64,000 bases of DNA from an uncultured virus (IMG/VR IMGVR_UViG_2898099943_000001) (taxonomy: Duplodnaviria; Heunggongvirae; Uroviricota; Caudoviricetes), in the IMG/VR virus record IMGVR_UViG_2898099943_000001, positions 62,001 to 126,000 of that record; one strand, written 5' to 3'. This document shows, piece by piece, positions 29,325-38,763 of this stretch (position 1 is the stretch's first letter; every line of letters starts with the position of its first letter). The position numbers and the translations under genes are program-made. Under the pieces are notes generated by a model, which was not told the origin of the DNA, searched no databases, and was given only the letters and a program-made list of their open reading frames with translations.

Positions 29325-29905
29325 AAATAAAGCCTCTGAGTTGAGGCTTCCGACAATATCAACTCAATAAGTCAATTTTTAAATATGTTAGTTAGTACGC
29401 CCCGTACGTGGGGCGGGGGTATAAATAGCGTACAAAACACTTCCCCTCGGGTGTGGGAGGTGGGTAAACAAAACTTACACTCAATCCCTGGGTAGCCCTG
29501 GGCGTTCTTTGGACAATTTCATAAAATTTCGGGAGTAGCTTCCTGAGAGTGTACGCCGTCTACACTATAAATAATACGGAAGAGCCACGGCAAGCATAGC
29601 CGTGACACTCGGTCAAAAGCGGGCTTTCAAGGTGGAGTGCATCCTCCCTCGCTTTCACTAGCAATAGTAAAAGCGGTACTGAGTACGTCAATAAAATTGA
29701 GGGCCTGGCGTGATTTGCTTAATAACCCGCATACGGTAGGGGTATCAGAACGGACGTGGAAACACGCATGCTACCAGACTATATATAAATATAGTTTAAT
29801 GTTTGACAAAACTTGTATAGTTTCATACAACCTCTTAATATACCTCAACAAAATCAATTAATTTTGATTTTGTTTTAAAGCACTGTTACAAATAGTGTTT
29901 TAAAT
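29325..29905 (+). ncRNA. Candidate large structured RNA/leader
   Basis: GC-rich island with many short helices in an AT-rich genome; no RBS-supported ORF. Confidence 0.6.
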
Positions 29906-29933
29906 AAAAATCAAAAAAACGAGGTATAAAATT

Positions 29934-30227
29934 ATGAAAAAGTTTGTTAAGAGTTTCAATGAAAAAGGCTACGGTTATGTTATAACCATCGAAGAAGAAA
30001 ACGGCTGGTATTATCCAACTATTAACTTTGGTGATGGTTACATTTGTAAACCTAATATAAAAGGTCGCGATATATCATGGCTTCGCATGTTTGCAAGGTT
30101 TCATGATATTGAACTAGACTTTTTAACAGTATCCAAAGAGTACAAGATTGACTACGCTTTAAAGTTTTTCAACAAACATATTAATGTAGAAGAAGAGTTG
30201 AAAGACTTTTACATTGAAATGTATTAA
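29934..30227 (+). CDS. Early hypothetical protein
   Basis: GAGGT RBS. Confidence 0.7.
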   Translation: MKKFVKSFNEKGYGYVITIEEENGWYYPTINFGDGYICKPNIKGRDISWLRMFARFHDIELDFLTVSKEYKIDYALKFFNKHINVEEELKDFYIEMY

Positions 30228-30256
30228 CCTAATAAAATCTAAGGAGGTAACAGACA

Positions 30257-30460
30257 ATGAAAGATGTTTCAGAATTAGTACCACGCTACATTGTGGACTT
30301 AGATATTCAACACAAGAAGTTATTTGTCAAATACGATGACGGTATTGTGATTGAGGTTAAGGGTATCAAGTGGACTAAAAAGACTAGCTATCAAAGTCTA
30401 TTAAGACTAGGTGCTCAACAAGGTGTAAGACTTTACCTTAAAGAAATAGGTCAACTCTAA
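30257..30460 (+). CDS. Early hypothetical protein
   Basis: AAGGAGGT RBS. Confidence 0.75.
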   Translation: MKDVSELVPRYIVDLDIQHKKLFVKYDDGIVIEVKGIKWTKKTSYQSLLRLGAQQGVRLYLKEIGQL

Positions 30461-30514
30461 CCACGCATAGACAAACTCAATAGAGTTGCCACCGTGCGAG
30501 TCGGTGGGTGGTTT
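30459..30514 (+). ncRNA. Mini tRNA-like element 1
   Basis: AACCAC/GTGGTT closing stem stacked on CCACCG-TGCGAGT-CGGTGG; internal AACTC/GAGTT hairpin. Confidence 0.5.
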
Positions 30515-30559
30515 TACCACTTGAAAAAGTGGATAATAAATTAAGAGGAGGTATTCAAA

Positions 30560-30979
30560 ATGAATACACAATTTCAATTATTACACGAACGTAGTTTCAA
30601 TAAAGGGCTAGACTTTATAACGATAGACCCTTGCGAGGTAGAAGATTACGAGGAGGTAGAAACTGAAAACGGTGTCATGTATGGAATACTTGATGACCTA
30701 GACACGTTTGATTATCTAACTGAAAAGTTAGTAATAGATAGCAACGATGACTATTACTTGCTATTCAGTAATAACGGCTGGTTATTCTTAAATAGTGCAA
30801 TCAACGTAAAAGATGGTACCATTGGATATTTCAACTATGTTGACGACTCAGACACTGAGTGTGAATATGAACCAGTTACAACAATATCAAGCCATGATAT
30901 TAGATTGCTAACTGATACGATAGATAGATATTATCTATCCGAAGGGTGCGATATTGTAAAAGTAACTGAAATTAAATAA
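30560..30979 (+). CDS. Early hypothetical protein (acidic)
   Basis: GGAGGT RBS. Confidence 0.75.
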   Translation: MNTQFQLLHERSFNKGLDFITIDPCEVEDYEEVETENGVMYGILDDLDTFDYLTEKLVIDSNDDYYLLFSNNGWLFLNSAINVKDGTIGYFNYVDDSDTECEYEPVTTISSHDIRLLTDTIDRYYLSEGCDIVKVTEIK

Positions 30980-31026
30980 ACTCAAAATTGGTTAGTCAAA
31001 AAATAAATTTTAGAGGTGTATCTATT

Positions 31027-31254
31027 ATGAAGAAAAAAGAATTTAAAGCAACATTAGATAGTTTGTTGACTGGTAAAGGTGTAAAAGAATTTAAGCACGG
31101 TATAAAAACAATTAAAATTGTGTTTAACAATTCAACTGATTATAACGACTTTGCAAACTATATCATGAAAAACTACTATTCACTAAGTGAAGGGCTTGTT
31201 GTGAGTGGCAGCTATTACAACGATAGACAAACAATTATATTAGATTACAAGTAA
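31027..31254 (+). CDS. Early hypothetical protein
   Basis: GAGGTG RBS before ATG 31027. Confidence 0.7.
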   Translation: MKKKEFKATLDSLLTGKGVKEFKHGIKTIKIVFNNSTDYNDFANYIMKNYYSLSEGLVVSGSYYNDRQTIILDYK

Positions 31255-31311
31255 AAGAATTTTTTAGTAGTAACTCAATCAAGAAAAATAAATTTTAGGA
31301 GTGTATTAATT

Positions 31312-31638
31312 ATGATTATGAATAAAAGAATTTTTAACGAAGCAAAGGATTTAGACTTGACAAGTGAAAAATATGATGACCTATATTTCACAATAAAAGA
31401 AAAATTAGATGTATATGATATTCTAGGTATTTTTAGAGTTGATAAAGAGGGCTTGCTATATCAAGCATTGATGAAATGGTACGAACATAAAAAAATTAAT
31501 CCAGTAGACTATGAAGACAATGATTATATCTACTTTACTCATGGTTATGGTTATGCTTTATACGATGATATTGTAGGTGGTAACGGTAGCACTGAGAAAC
31601 AAAAAGAATTTTTAGACTATATCAATTCTATTGATTAA
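31312..31638 (+). CDS. Early hypothetical protein
   Basis: AGGAG RBS. Confidence 0.7.
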   Translation: MIMNKRIFNEAKDLDLTSEKYDDLYFTIKEKLDVYDILGIFRVDKEGLLYQALMKWYEHKKINPVDYEDNDYIYFTHGYGYALYDDIVGGNGSTEKQKEFLDYINSID

Positions 31639-31657
31639 GAGTCTAGAGAAGAAACTA

Positions 31658-31715
31658 AGGGTAGGTAGTTAGTACATAGAAAAATTCTATCAAGGTGCAA
31701 ATCCTTGCTACCCTG
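31658..31715 (+). ncRNA. Mini tRNA-like element 2
   Basis: 7-bp AGGGTAG/CTACCCT plus 5-bp CAAGG-TGCAAAT-CCTTG; internal ATAGAA/TTCTAT hairpin. Confidence 0.6.
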
Positions 31716-31765
31716 TATCTACCATATAATACGGTAGAAAAAATAATTTTTAGGAGGTAGTCAAA

Positions 31766-32014
31766 ATGCTACTAATAAAAGAAGAATATAAACTCAACTA
31801 CGAAACTAATAAGTGGGAATTAGTTAAAAGTTCAGTAATGAAGAAAAATTATTCAGTTAAAGAGTTTCATAAGGTAGTGAATGGTAACGCTTTTAAAAAT
31901 CAAGAATTAATTGGTTGGTATAGAGTACTTAATGAAAGAAAAAACGAGTACTATGTATTCAATCAAATTAAATCAACTGTAATAAAGTTAGTTGATGAAA
32001 AAAAGAATTTTTAG
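31766..32014 (+). CDS. Early hypothetical protein
   Basis: AGGAGGT RBS. Confidence 0.7.
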   Translation: MLLIKEEYKLNYETNKWELVKSSVMKKNYSVKEFHKVVNGNAFKNQELIGWYRVLNERKNEYYVFNQIKSTVIKLVDEKKNF

Positions 32015-32027
32015 GAGGTACATTACT

Positions 32028-32390
32028 ATGATACAAGAAAAAATTATTGAATTAGACCAAGAAGAAATTAACGAATTATTGACAAGTGATTGTCTAGTAG
32101 AAACTATAGAGGGTTGCTTATTGGATAACTACCTATTTCAATTAGACCAAGAAAAATATCTAATTGTGATAGAGGAGTATAGAAACTGTTGGTCAAGTGC
32201 TAACGTGGGTTTACTCACTACAGATACAAGCAAAGTAAATAAATTTATTGAACTAGCTTTGCAAAATGAAGATGAAGATACTTGCTTGAATTTAGACGGT
32301 GTATTTTTTGACGACAGGAAAACTAGACTAGAAAAATTTTATAACGATTTTGAAACACTGGCAAAAGTTGTAAATGAGTTAAGACAATAA
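32028..32390 (+). CDS. Early hypothetical protein
   Basis: AGGAGGT RBS before ATG 32028. Confidence 0.7.
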   Translation: MIQEKIIELDQEEINELLTSDCLVETIEGCLLDNYLFQLDQEKYLIVIEEYRNCWSSANVGLLTTDTSKVNKFIELALQNEDEDTCLNLDGVFFDDRKTRLEKFYNDFETLAKVVNELRQ

Positions 32391-32451
32391 AGAATTTTTA
32401 GGTAGTAATTTCAGTCAAGAAAAGAATTAATAAGAATAGAGGTAAATAATT

Positions 32452-33144
32452 ATGATAGACAATAACAATGTATATGTAGATGACAAAAACAATTTTTATG
32501 TAGTGCTAAACGATGAAGATTACGGATATTTTGAAATAGAAAACTTAAAAGCTGAGGGCTTTCATTTTGTGAGTGATTGCATGACAAAAGAAGATGAAGA
32601 AAGTTTGTTAGAAGAAATAAAAACTTTACCTATTGATAAGCAAATAGAATTACTGGAATTAGTAGAAGAAAAAGCTAGAGTAATGAAAGAGTTTAGGTTT
32701 GACCTTGAAAGCCACCAAGAAGAATTTATAGAATAGTACGGTTATTTTGACCAAGAAGAATTTAATGAATGGTTACAAGAAGAAGTTATACCAGAAAGAT
32801 TAGACCTAGATTGGCATGATATAGAAACAGTTTGTGAGTATCTAATGCAATACAAAAAAGAATTTTTATTCTATGAATTAAGAGGTTACAGTCAAGGCGA
32901 TATAGCGTACGTATGGAATACTGATACAACATTAAAACTCACTAAAGAATATTTGGAAAGTGTATGTTTTGATAGTTGGATAAAAATTTACACTAGCAAC
33001 GAAGAAGGCGATATATTAGACAATTTAGAAGACTTGCCAGGGTACTATATCAGTAACGAAGGTGCGGATGTATATTTAAATGAATATATGAAAGAAAAAT
33101 ATAACGCTTGGCTTGCTGATTATGAAGTGACTTATAAACAATAA
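32452..33144 (+). pseudogene. Single gene interrupted by in-frame TAG at 32734-32736; paralogue of 34693-35322
   Basis: Frame continues open after TAG into ORF 32845, which has no RBS; C-termini YMKEKYNA vs YMFEKYNA. Confidence 0.65.
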
Positions 33145-33169
33145 AAAGAATTTTTAGGAGGGCTTTATT

Positions 33170-33379
33170 ATGATTAAAAATATTGAATATGTAGGATTTG
33201 CTTACAACTTAGATGATATAGAAGTTGAATTTATTGTTAATGGTGTGAAAAAGAATTTATATATCTACAGTAAAGGTGTAGAAGATATTCTAACTTTTAT
33301 GGATTATCAAGAATTCGAAGATGTAGATACGATACTAGAAACATATTTTGAGAAATTCAAAGAAGAAATATTTGCATAA
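33170..33379 (+). CDS. Early hypothetical protein
   Basis: AGGAGG RBS. Confidence 0.7.
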   Translation: MIKNIEYVGFAYNLDDIEVEFIVNGVKKNLYIYSKGVEDILTFMDYQEFEDVDTILETYFEKFKEEIFA

Positions 33380-33409
33380 CAAAAAAGTAATTTTAGTGAG
33401 GTAATTAAA

Positions 33410-33790
33410 ATGAATAAAATAAATATTTTAAAAATAACTAATGTTGTAACAATAGTTGGTGTAGTTTGTTTAGGTGTATCTAATCATGAATACATTAAAC
33501 AAAATAAGCAACTCAGAAAAGAGAATTTACATCAAGAAACAATTATTAAAAAGCAACGTCAAGAATTGACTTATAACGTTAAAAACCTTGACTTGCAAAG
33601 TGGAAATATCATTAAAACAAATAAATTTACTTTAGAATACTATGATGATAATCAGAAAGATTTTCACATGGTTATCTATCCTAATAATAAGAATTTAAGG
33701 GTAGTTAGTGAACAAGGTCAAGGAGCAAAAGGTATTGAAGTAGAAAGTGTACCAAGTGATTTTAAAGGTACTACTACAATAATAAAATAA
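33410..33790 (+). CDS. Membrane-anchored/secreted hypothetical protein
   Basis: N-terminal hydrophobic helix then coiled coil. Confidence 0.65.
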   Translation: MNKINILKITNVVTIVGVVCLGVSNHEYIKQNKQLRKENLHQETIIKKQRQELTYNVKNLDLQSGNIIKTNKFTLEYYDDNQKDFHMVIYPNNKNLRVVSEQGQGAKGIEVESVPSDFKGTTTIIK

Positions 33791-33899
33791 ATTTTAGTGT
33801 TGACAAGTAAGAATTAAGAAGTTATAATTCAGTTATCAAGTTAAAGGTTTAAAGAATAACTTGATAACAAAAAATAATTTAAGAATAGAGGTAATTAAA

Positions 33900-34547
33900 A
33901 TGACAGATACAGAAAAAATTTTTGGAATTATGGATGACGTGGTTAATGTGTGGGGTTTATATATCGAAGATATAAATGTATATACCAATGACCTAGAGGC
34001 TACTATTGTAGGTCAATACGACAGTAGAATTTACTACACTTACAACGATATAGATGAATTAGAAGGTAAGTCAGAAAAAGAAATTTTTGCAAGTTTAGAA
34101 GTCGTGCTTATTGAAACACTAGAAGATTTTGACGCCGAAGAAGAGTTCGAAAATCTAGACTGGAACGACACAAGCATTTTAGAAAACATGAAACTTGATG
34201 AAAAAGATTTTAAAGAAACCGTATGGATGTACGAACAAAAACAAAAAGGTAAAAAAGTATCAAGTTTTGAACTGGCTTTGACACACGAATTACAAAAACT
34301 AGGTCAACTTATGAATGATGAAGTTTATCCTGGTATGGTAGCTAGTTATGCTGTGGATATTTCAAGAGTTAGATGGTCAAATGAAATTTATGAGTATATG
34401 AAAGAAAAAAATATTGATATGAGTAATGTAGATTATTATGACGTTAATTTCTTTAGCATTGTAAAAAGAGATAGTTTAATAACTGAGTTGTGGACTCAAG
34501 GTAAGAAGGATGAGGCGGTAAAACAATTTCAAACACACGTATTTTAA
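33900..34547 (+). CDS. Early hypothetical protein (acidic)
   Basis: GAGGT RBS; promoter TTGACA-17-TATAAT at 33800. Confidence 0.72.
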   Translation: MTDTEKIFGIMDDVVNVWGLYIEDINVYTNDLEATIVGQYDSRIYYTYNDIDELEGKSEKEIFASLEVVLIETLEDFDAEEEFENLDWNDTSILENMKLDEKDFKETVWMYEQKQKGKKVSSFELALTHELQKLGQLMNDEVYPGMVASYAVDISRVRWSNEIYEYMKEKNIDMSNVDYYDVNFFSIVKRDSLITELWTQGKKDEAVKQFQTHVF

Positions 34548-34585
34548 ATGAATATATATATTTAGAGTCTAGAGAATAAATAAAA

Positions 34586-34643
34586 AAGGTAGCTAGTTGG
34601 TAGCTTACATAATGTAAGTAAGGTTCGAGTCCTTACTACCTTA
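34586..34643 (+). ncRNA. Mini tRNA-like element 3
   Basis: 7-bp AAGGTAG/CTACCTT plus TAAGG-TTCGAGT-CCTTA T-arm; D-like CTAGTTGGTAG; CTTACA/TGTAAG hairpin with 3-nt loop. Confidence 0.68.
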
Positions 34644-34692
34644 TATATCCTAATCAGGATAGAAAAATAATTTTATATAGGAGGTATCTATT

Positions 34693-35322
34693 ATGAAAAA
34701 GTTTATAGATACAGTAAATAAAAAAGAATTGTTGGTAAGTGAAAGTGAATGGCATGTAGACAACTACATTGATGAGTTGAAAAGCAATGGTATTCATGTA
34801 GTAAGTAATGTAGATTTTCTTGATTATACAGAGGCTTTAGAAGATATTACTGAGGCTTTCCTAGATATAGTTGACGATTTAGAAAAAGAAGACAACTATT
34901 TTAGACTACCAACTCAAGAAGAATTAATGCAAAAGTGGGTAGATAGTGGGTGGAAAGATTTAAACGAGCCATTCAATAAAGAGTTAGCAACTAGCTTTTA
35001 TTATAGTGATTGTATACGTGACGTTTTGAGTGAGGAGCCTTGCGAGTTTCTAAGTTGGTTAGATAGTGAAAGTAGATTTTTTACTTATGAAACAGTAAGT
35101 GAAGGTATGGATTTCTATGACTTAATAGAATACCATCCACTAACCAATGTAGAAAGCGATATGTTGCTAACTTATGATGATGAATTAAGAAAAAATTTAT
35201 TTGATGATTGGTTTTTTGTAGAAGATGAAGAAGGAAATCAAGAAGAATTTAGTTTAGAAAGTTTTCAATCATTAGATAGATACATGTTTGAAAAATACAA
35301 TGCAATAGAAGTAACTAAGTAA
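34693..35322 (+). CDS. Early hypothetical protein (acidic)
   Basis: AGGAGGT RBS. Confidence 0.75.
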   Translation: MKKFIDTVNKKELLVSESEWHVDNYIDELKSNGIHVVSNVDFLDYTEALEDITEAFLDIVDDLEKEDNYFRLPTQEELMQKWVDSGWKDLNEPFNKELATSFYYSDCIRDVLSEEPCEFLSWLDSESRFFTYETVSEGMDFYDLIEYHPLTNVESDMLLTYDDELRKNLFDDWFFVEDEEGNQEEFSLESFQSLDRYMFEKYNAIEVTK

Positions 35323-35384
35323 AGAAAATTTTCTAAGAATTTCAATAACAAAAAATAATTCAAGTAAAAAGGGTGGTAATCAAT

Positions 35385-35582
35385 ATGTACAATCAGGAAT
35401 TTTACGGTGGTTTATTTATGATGAGTTTTGTTGCGTTGACAGTGATTTTAATGGGTAGCTATCATGCTATACGTTGGTTATTCAAGAAAAGAAGATTTAT
35501 TTTCAAGTTAATGTTATTCATACCATACACAATATTAACTTTATTGTTAGTCGGTATTAAAGCATTGAATAGTAGAATATAA
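35385..35582 (+). CDS. Small membrane protein
   Basis: Two hydrophobic segments. Confidence 0.65.
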   Translation: MYNQEFYGGLFMMSFVALTVILMGSYHAIRWLFKKRRFIFKLMLFIPYTILTLLLVGIKALNSRI

Positions 35583-35611
35583 AAAAATAATTATTAAAGG
35601 TGGAAATTAAA

Positions 35612-36424
35612 ATGACAAAAACAGAAATTAAAGTAAATGCAAAAGAATTAGTTAGAAGTTATAAAGAAATTTTAGTACATGTTTCAAAATCAAGTTTCAG
35701 ACCTATATTAGCAACACTTAATCATGTAGTAGAAAACAATAAATTAACTTTAGTTGCTACTGATACACATTCACTAGGTAAATTAACGCTTGATTGTGAA
35801 AATAACAATGATGTTGAGTTTGCAGTACCTAGAAAAGCAATTCAAGCAGTAGCAAAGTTAAAAAATAAAGAATTAGTTGATAAAGAAATTATCCTTGAAT
35901 TTTCTGATAACAAAATCGATTACATTGTGAATGGTAAAGAATTTATTAGCTCAATGACAGAAGGTAATTATCCAAGTGTTGAAAGAATTTTACCAGTGGT
36001 AAACGAAGATAGAAATATTACGTTCAATATTCGTGAATTAAAAGAATTTATCAAACATATTAAAGAAACTGGTTACCACAGAAAGAATTGGAATAACAAA
36101 ACAATTCAATCAAATATTAAATTTATCAAAGGTCAATTCGTGTTTAGTTATGAATACGAAGATGAAGAAGGTAGTGTCTACTACAAAAAAGAAAATATTA
36201 ACTGTGATGTAACTGAAGGGTTTACTGATGATTATGATATTAATCTCAATATCTATGAATTAGAAAAACATGTGAATAAATTCTTAGTTGGTAACAAAAC
36301 AATTACATTAGCTTTTGTTGAAAAAGAATTTATGAATAGTCAAAACGTCAGACCAATTCAAGTAACATACAACGGTTTAGATAATTACGTTGGTGTGTTA
36401 GCACCAATGAGGGCTTTTAGATAG
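35612..36424 (+). CDS. DNA polymerase III beta-clamp-like protein lacking domain I
   Basis: RPIL...LVATDTHSL, EGNYPSVERILP, C-terminal VLAPMR. Confidence 0.72.
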   Translation: MTKTEIKVNAKELVRSYKEILVHVSKSSFRPILATLNHVVENNKLTLVATDTHSLGKLTLDCENNNDVEFAVPRKAIQAVAKLKNKELVDKEIILEFSDNKIDYIVNGKEFISSMTEGNYPSVERILPVVNEDRNITFNIRELKEFIKHIKETGYHRKNWNNKTIQSNIKFIKGQFVFSYEYEDEEGSVYYKKENINCDVTEGFTDDYDINLNIYELEKHVNKFLVGNKTITLAFVEKEFMNSQNVRPIQVTYNGLDNYVGVLAPMRAFR

Positions 36425-36495
36425 TAGAAAAATAAAGAAAAATTAGTTAGAAAATCGAAAACAAAAATAATTTAAAAATTAAAGGGTGGTTAATT

Positions 36496-36885
36496 ATGAT
36501 GGAAAATAACTTATTTGTAGCAACAATGTTGGGCTGTGGCACTAATGACTTGGATGTATTTTTTGGTAGATTAGATAAATATGAAGATACGGTATTTTTG
36601 GATGACGAAGAATTTTCATATGAAAAATTAATCGAAGAAACAAAATTTAGGGCTGGTAATGACTATGGTCTTAACGATTTAATGGAAACTTTAGACTGCA
36701 TGGCTGTTGATAGTGCATTAGGTCAAGTAACACAATCAGAAAAATTTGATGAGTTCAATGATTTAGTATTTGAAAATTTAAGATGGAGTTACAACTACTC
36801 GTATATTGAATTTTATTTTGATGATAAAGAAGAATTAAAAAAGTTTGATGAATGGAAAGAATTTTCAGAATTATTAGGTTTATAA
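36496..36885 (+). CDS. Early hypothetical protein
   Basis: AAGGGTGGT RBS. Confidence 0.7.
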   Translation: MMENNLFVATMLGCGTNDLDVFFGRLDKYEDTVFLDDEEFSYEKLIEETKFRAGNDYGLNDLMETLDCMAVDSALGQVTQSEKFDEFNDLVFENLRWSYNYSYIEFYFDDKEELKKFDEWKEFSELLGL

Positions 36886-36900
36886 AGGGTGGTAACAAAA

Positions 36901-37161
36901 ATGAAAAACACAATTCAAGTAAACAATGTAGGTAATAAGATTTTAGAAATGTTGGTAGATGATTTTGAAAATAAGTATTCTTTTGATACCAGTTATTTTG
37001 TAGACTTCATCTTCTATGGAGTAAAAGAAAAAATTCTAGGTATGAAACCAATGAAATACATTATTGTTTTGAGTAATGCAAACAAAATAATTTTAACTGA
37101 TGACAATCAACTATACGAAGATATGTACAAAAATAATTTTAAAGAATATATGGAAAACTAG
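36901..37161 (+). CDS. Early hypothetical protein
   Basis: AAGGGTGGT RBS. Confidence 0.68.
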   Translation: MKNTIQVNNVGNKILEMLVDDFENKYSFDTSYFVDFIFYGVKEKILGMKPMKYIIVLSNANKIILTDDNQLYEDMYKNNFKEYMEN

Positions 37162-37175
37162 AGGAGGAGTTAATT

Positions 37176-37415
37176 ATGAAAGTAAGAAATTTTAAAGAAT
37201 TAAACAGTGAATATCCAATGGTTGTTGAGTTGGTAGTATATAAACCAACTTTTAGAAAGCGTGTAGATATTGTTGTAAATCAAGAAATAACTTTAGCTTT
37301 AGCAAGTAATATTGTTGCTTATGTAATACCAAGAAGTCTAAACGATAGAGTGAGAAAAGTCTGGGATATGGATTATATAGACAATCAGACAATCATTACA
37401 GTTGACTATGAATAA
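37176..37415 (+). CDS. Early hypothetical protein
   Basis: GGAGGAG RBS. Confidence 0.7.
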   Translation: MKVRNFKELNSEYPMVVELVVYKPTFRKRVDIVVNQEITLALASNIVAYVIPRSLNDRVRKVWDMDYIDNQTIITVDYE

Positions 37416-37445
37416 AAGAATTTTTAACAAAGGGTGGTAATTGAA

Positions 37446-37685
37446 ATGAAAGAAAGAAAATTTAATGTGTACGTGAAAGATAGATTAGTAGGTCAAATAA
37501 CATATGATAACTGGGTTTACTTTGATGATTATCGTACCAATGAATATGATATTGACCTAGATATAAAAGAATTGGACGTGGCAATGGAAACTTTGATTGA
37601 TTACTACATTAAAGATATACCTTGCAATTACGAAGATGTTGGTTTTGTTGAGTTAGTTAATAAAGAAAAATTAGTTGAAATTTAG
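37446..37685 (+). CDS. Early hypothetical protein
   Basis: AAGGGTGGT RBS. Confidence 0.68.
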   Translation: MKERKFNVYVKDRLVGQITYDNWVYFDDYRTNEYDIDLDIKELDVAMETLIDYYIKDIPCNYEDVGFVELVNKEKLVEI

Positions 37686-37733
37686 TGTTCGGATAAAATA
37701 ACGATTTTATAAACGTTATAAACGTTGGTATGT

Positions 37734-37799
37734 AAGGTAATTGGTATAATACAATAAAATAATTTATTGCATTTTAAGGTTCGATTCCTTTTTACCTTG
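37734..37799 (+). ncRNA. Mini tRNA-like element 4
   Basis: 7-bp AAGGTAA/TTACCTT plus AAGG-TTCGATT-CCTT; internal CAATAAA/TTTATTG hairpin. Confidence 0.6.
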
Positions 37800-37849
37800 T
37801 CAGTTTGAAACACAATTCAAACTAAAAAAATAATTTTAGGAGTGATTAT

Positions 37850-38449
37850 ATGCAAGCTATACGATATGGCGAAGCCTTGAATTATCTGTTTGAGTTTTGC
37901 TTGTCTACTGGTAAAGAATTTCCGAAAGACTGGCGAAAGATAGACAATAGATTTTTCAATGGCATAAAGGATAACAAATTAAAAGATGAAGTGAAGATGT
38001 GTGTTGAGGTTATAAGCAACCATTCAGTTAGTAAGAATGGAAAAATTATACCTAAATCAAAACGTGAAAGAAAAATTAATAGAGTGTTTAGACTGCAAAA
38101 AATACTCGAACATGATATTAACTTTCATTACGGTAGACATACAAAAAGTATTTTAGAAAGCGAAGGATTGTGTTTAAGCAATATGTACTCAGCATTAGAT
38201 AACCATGATGATTATCTGGCACAAAGAGAAAATGGCAAAAGAATTTTCTTGATTGATAGAGAAATGATTATCCACAAAACATATGATGATGTACACGTTG
38301 CCAGCAAAGAATATGGTGTCCAACCTTACAATATTTACGATTGGTGCAATCGAGGTGCTTATCGTTTTGATGGAAAAAGAATGATTAAAGCACATACGTA
38401 CAGTAACTTAGTTTGCACCAATAAAGAATTTCATTATCAATTTAGGTAG
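37850..38449 (+). CDS. Hypothetical protein, possible NUMOD1-like HTH at C-terminus
   Basis: YDDVHVASKEYGVQPYNIYDWCN. Confidence 0.55.
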   Translation: MQAIRYGEALNYLFEFCLSTGKEFPKDWRKIDNRFFNGIKDNKLKDEVKMCVEVISNHSVSKNGKIIPKSKRERKINRVFRLQKILEHDINFHYGRHTKSILESEGLCLSNMYSALDNHDDYLAQRENGKRIFLIDREMIIHKTYDDVHVASKEYGVQPYNIYDWCNRGAYRFDGKRMIKAHTYSNLVCTNKEFHYQFR

Positions 38450-38484
38450 CAAAAACAATTTGAATTTGAAAGGGTGTCTTAAAT

Positions 38485-38763
38485 ATGGAAAACAAAGAAG
38501 AATTAGCAACAAAATTATTAAACGTATCATTAAAAGCAATTAACGATAAAGATTTGAATTTAGAAGAAAAGAGTGTTGTATACATTCTGGTAAACAAAAT
38601 TTTAACTATTGGATATGAAAATACAATGGGCGAGTTATTGCATGAAGAAAAATTTTATGAAGGATTCGGCTTTACATACAACTATCCAACGTTAGTAACT
38701 AAGTTTCTGATGAGTAATTACTTTAATGAAATTCGTGAAATTTTAGATGGTGGTGAAAAATAA
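38485..38763 (+). CDS. Hypothetical protein
   Basis: RBS; coupled to next gene. Confidence 0.68.
   Translation: MENKEELATKLLNVSLKAINDKDLNLEEKSVVYILVNKILTIGYENTMGELLHEEKFYEGFGFTYNYPTLVTKFLMSNYFNEIREILDGGEK

Noticed and set aside
29637..29861. 74-aa ORF in the GC-rich island
   Set aside because: Poor RBS spacing and atypical composition; better explained as structured RNA
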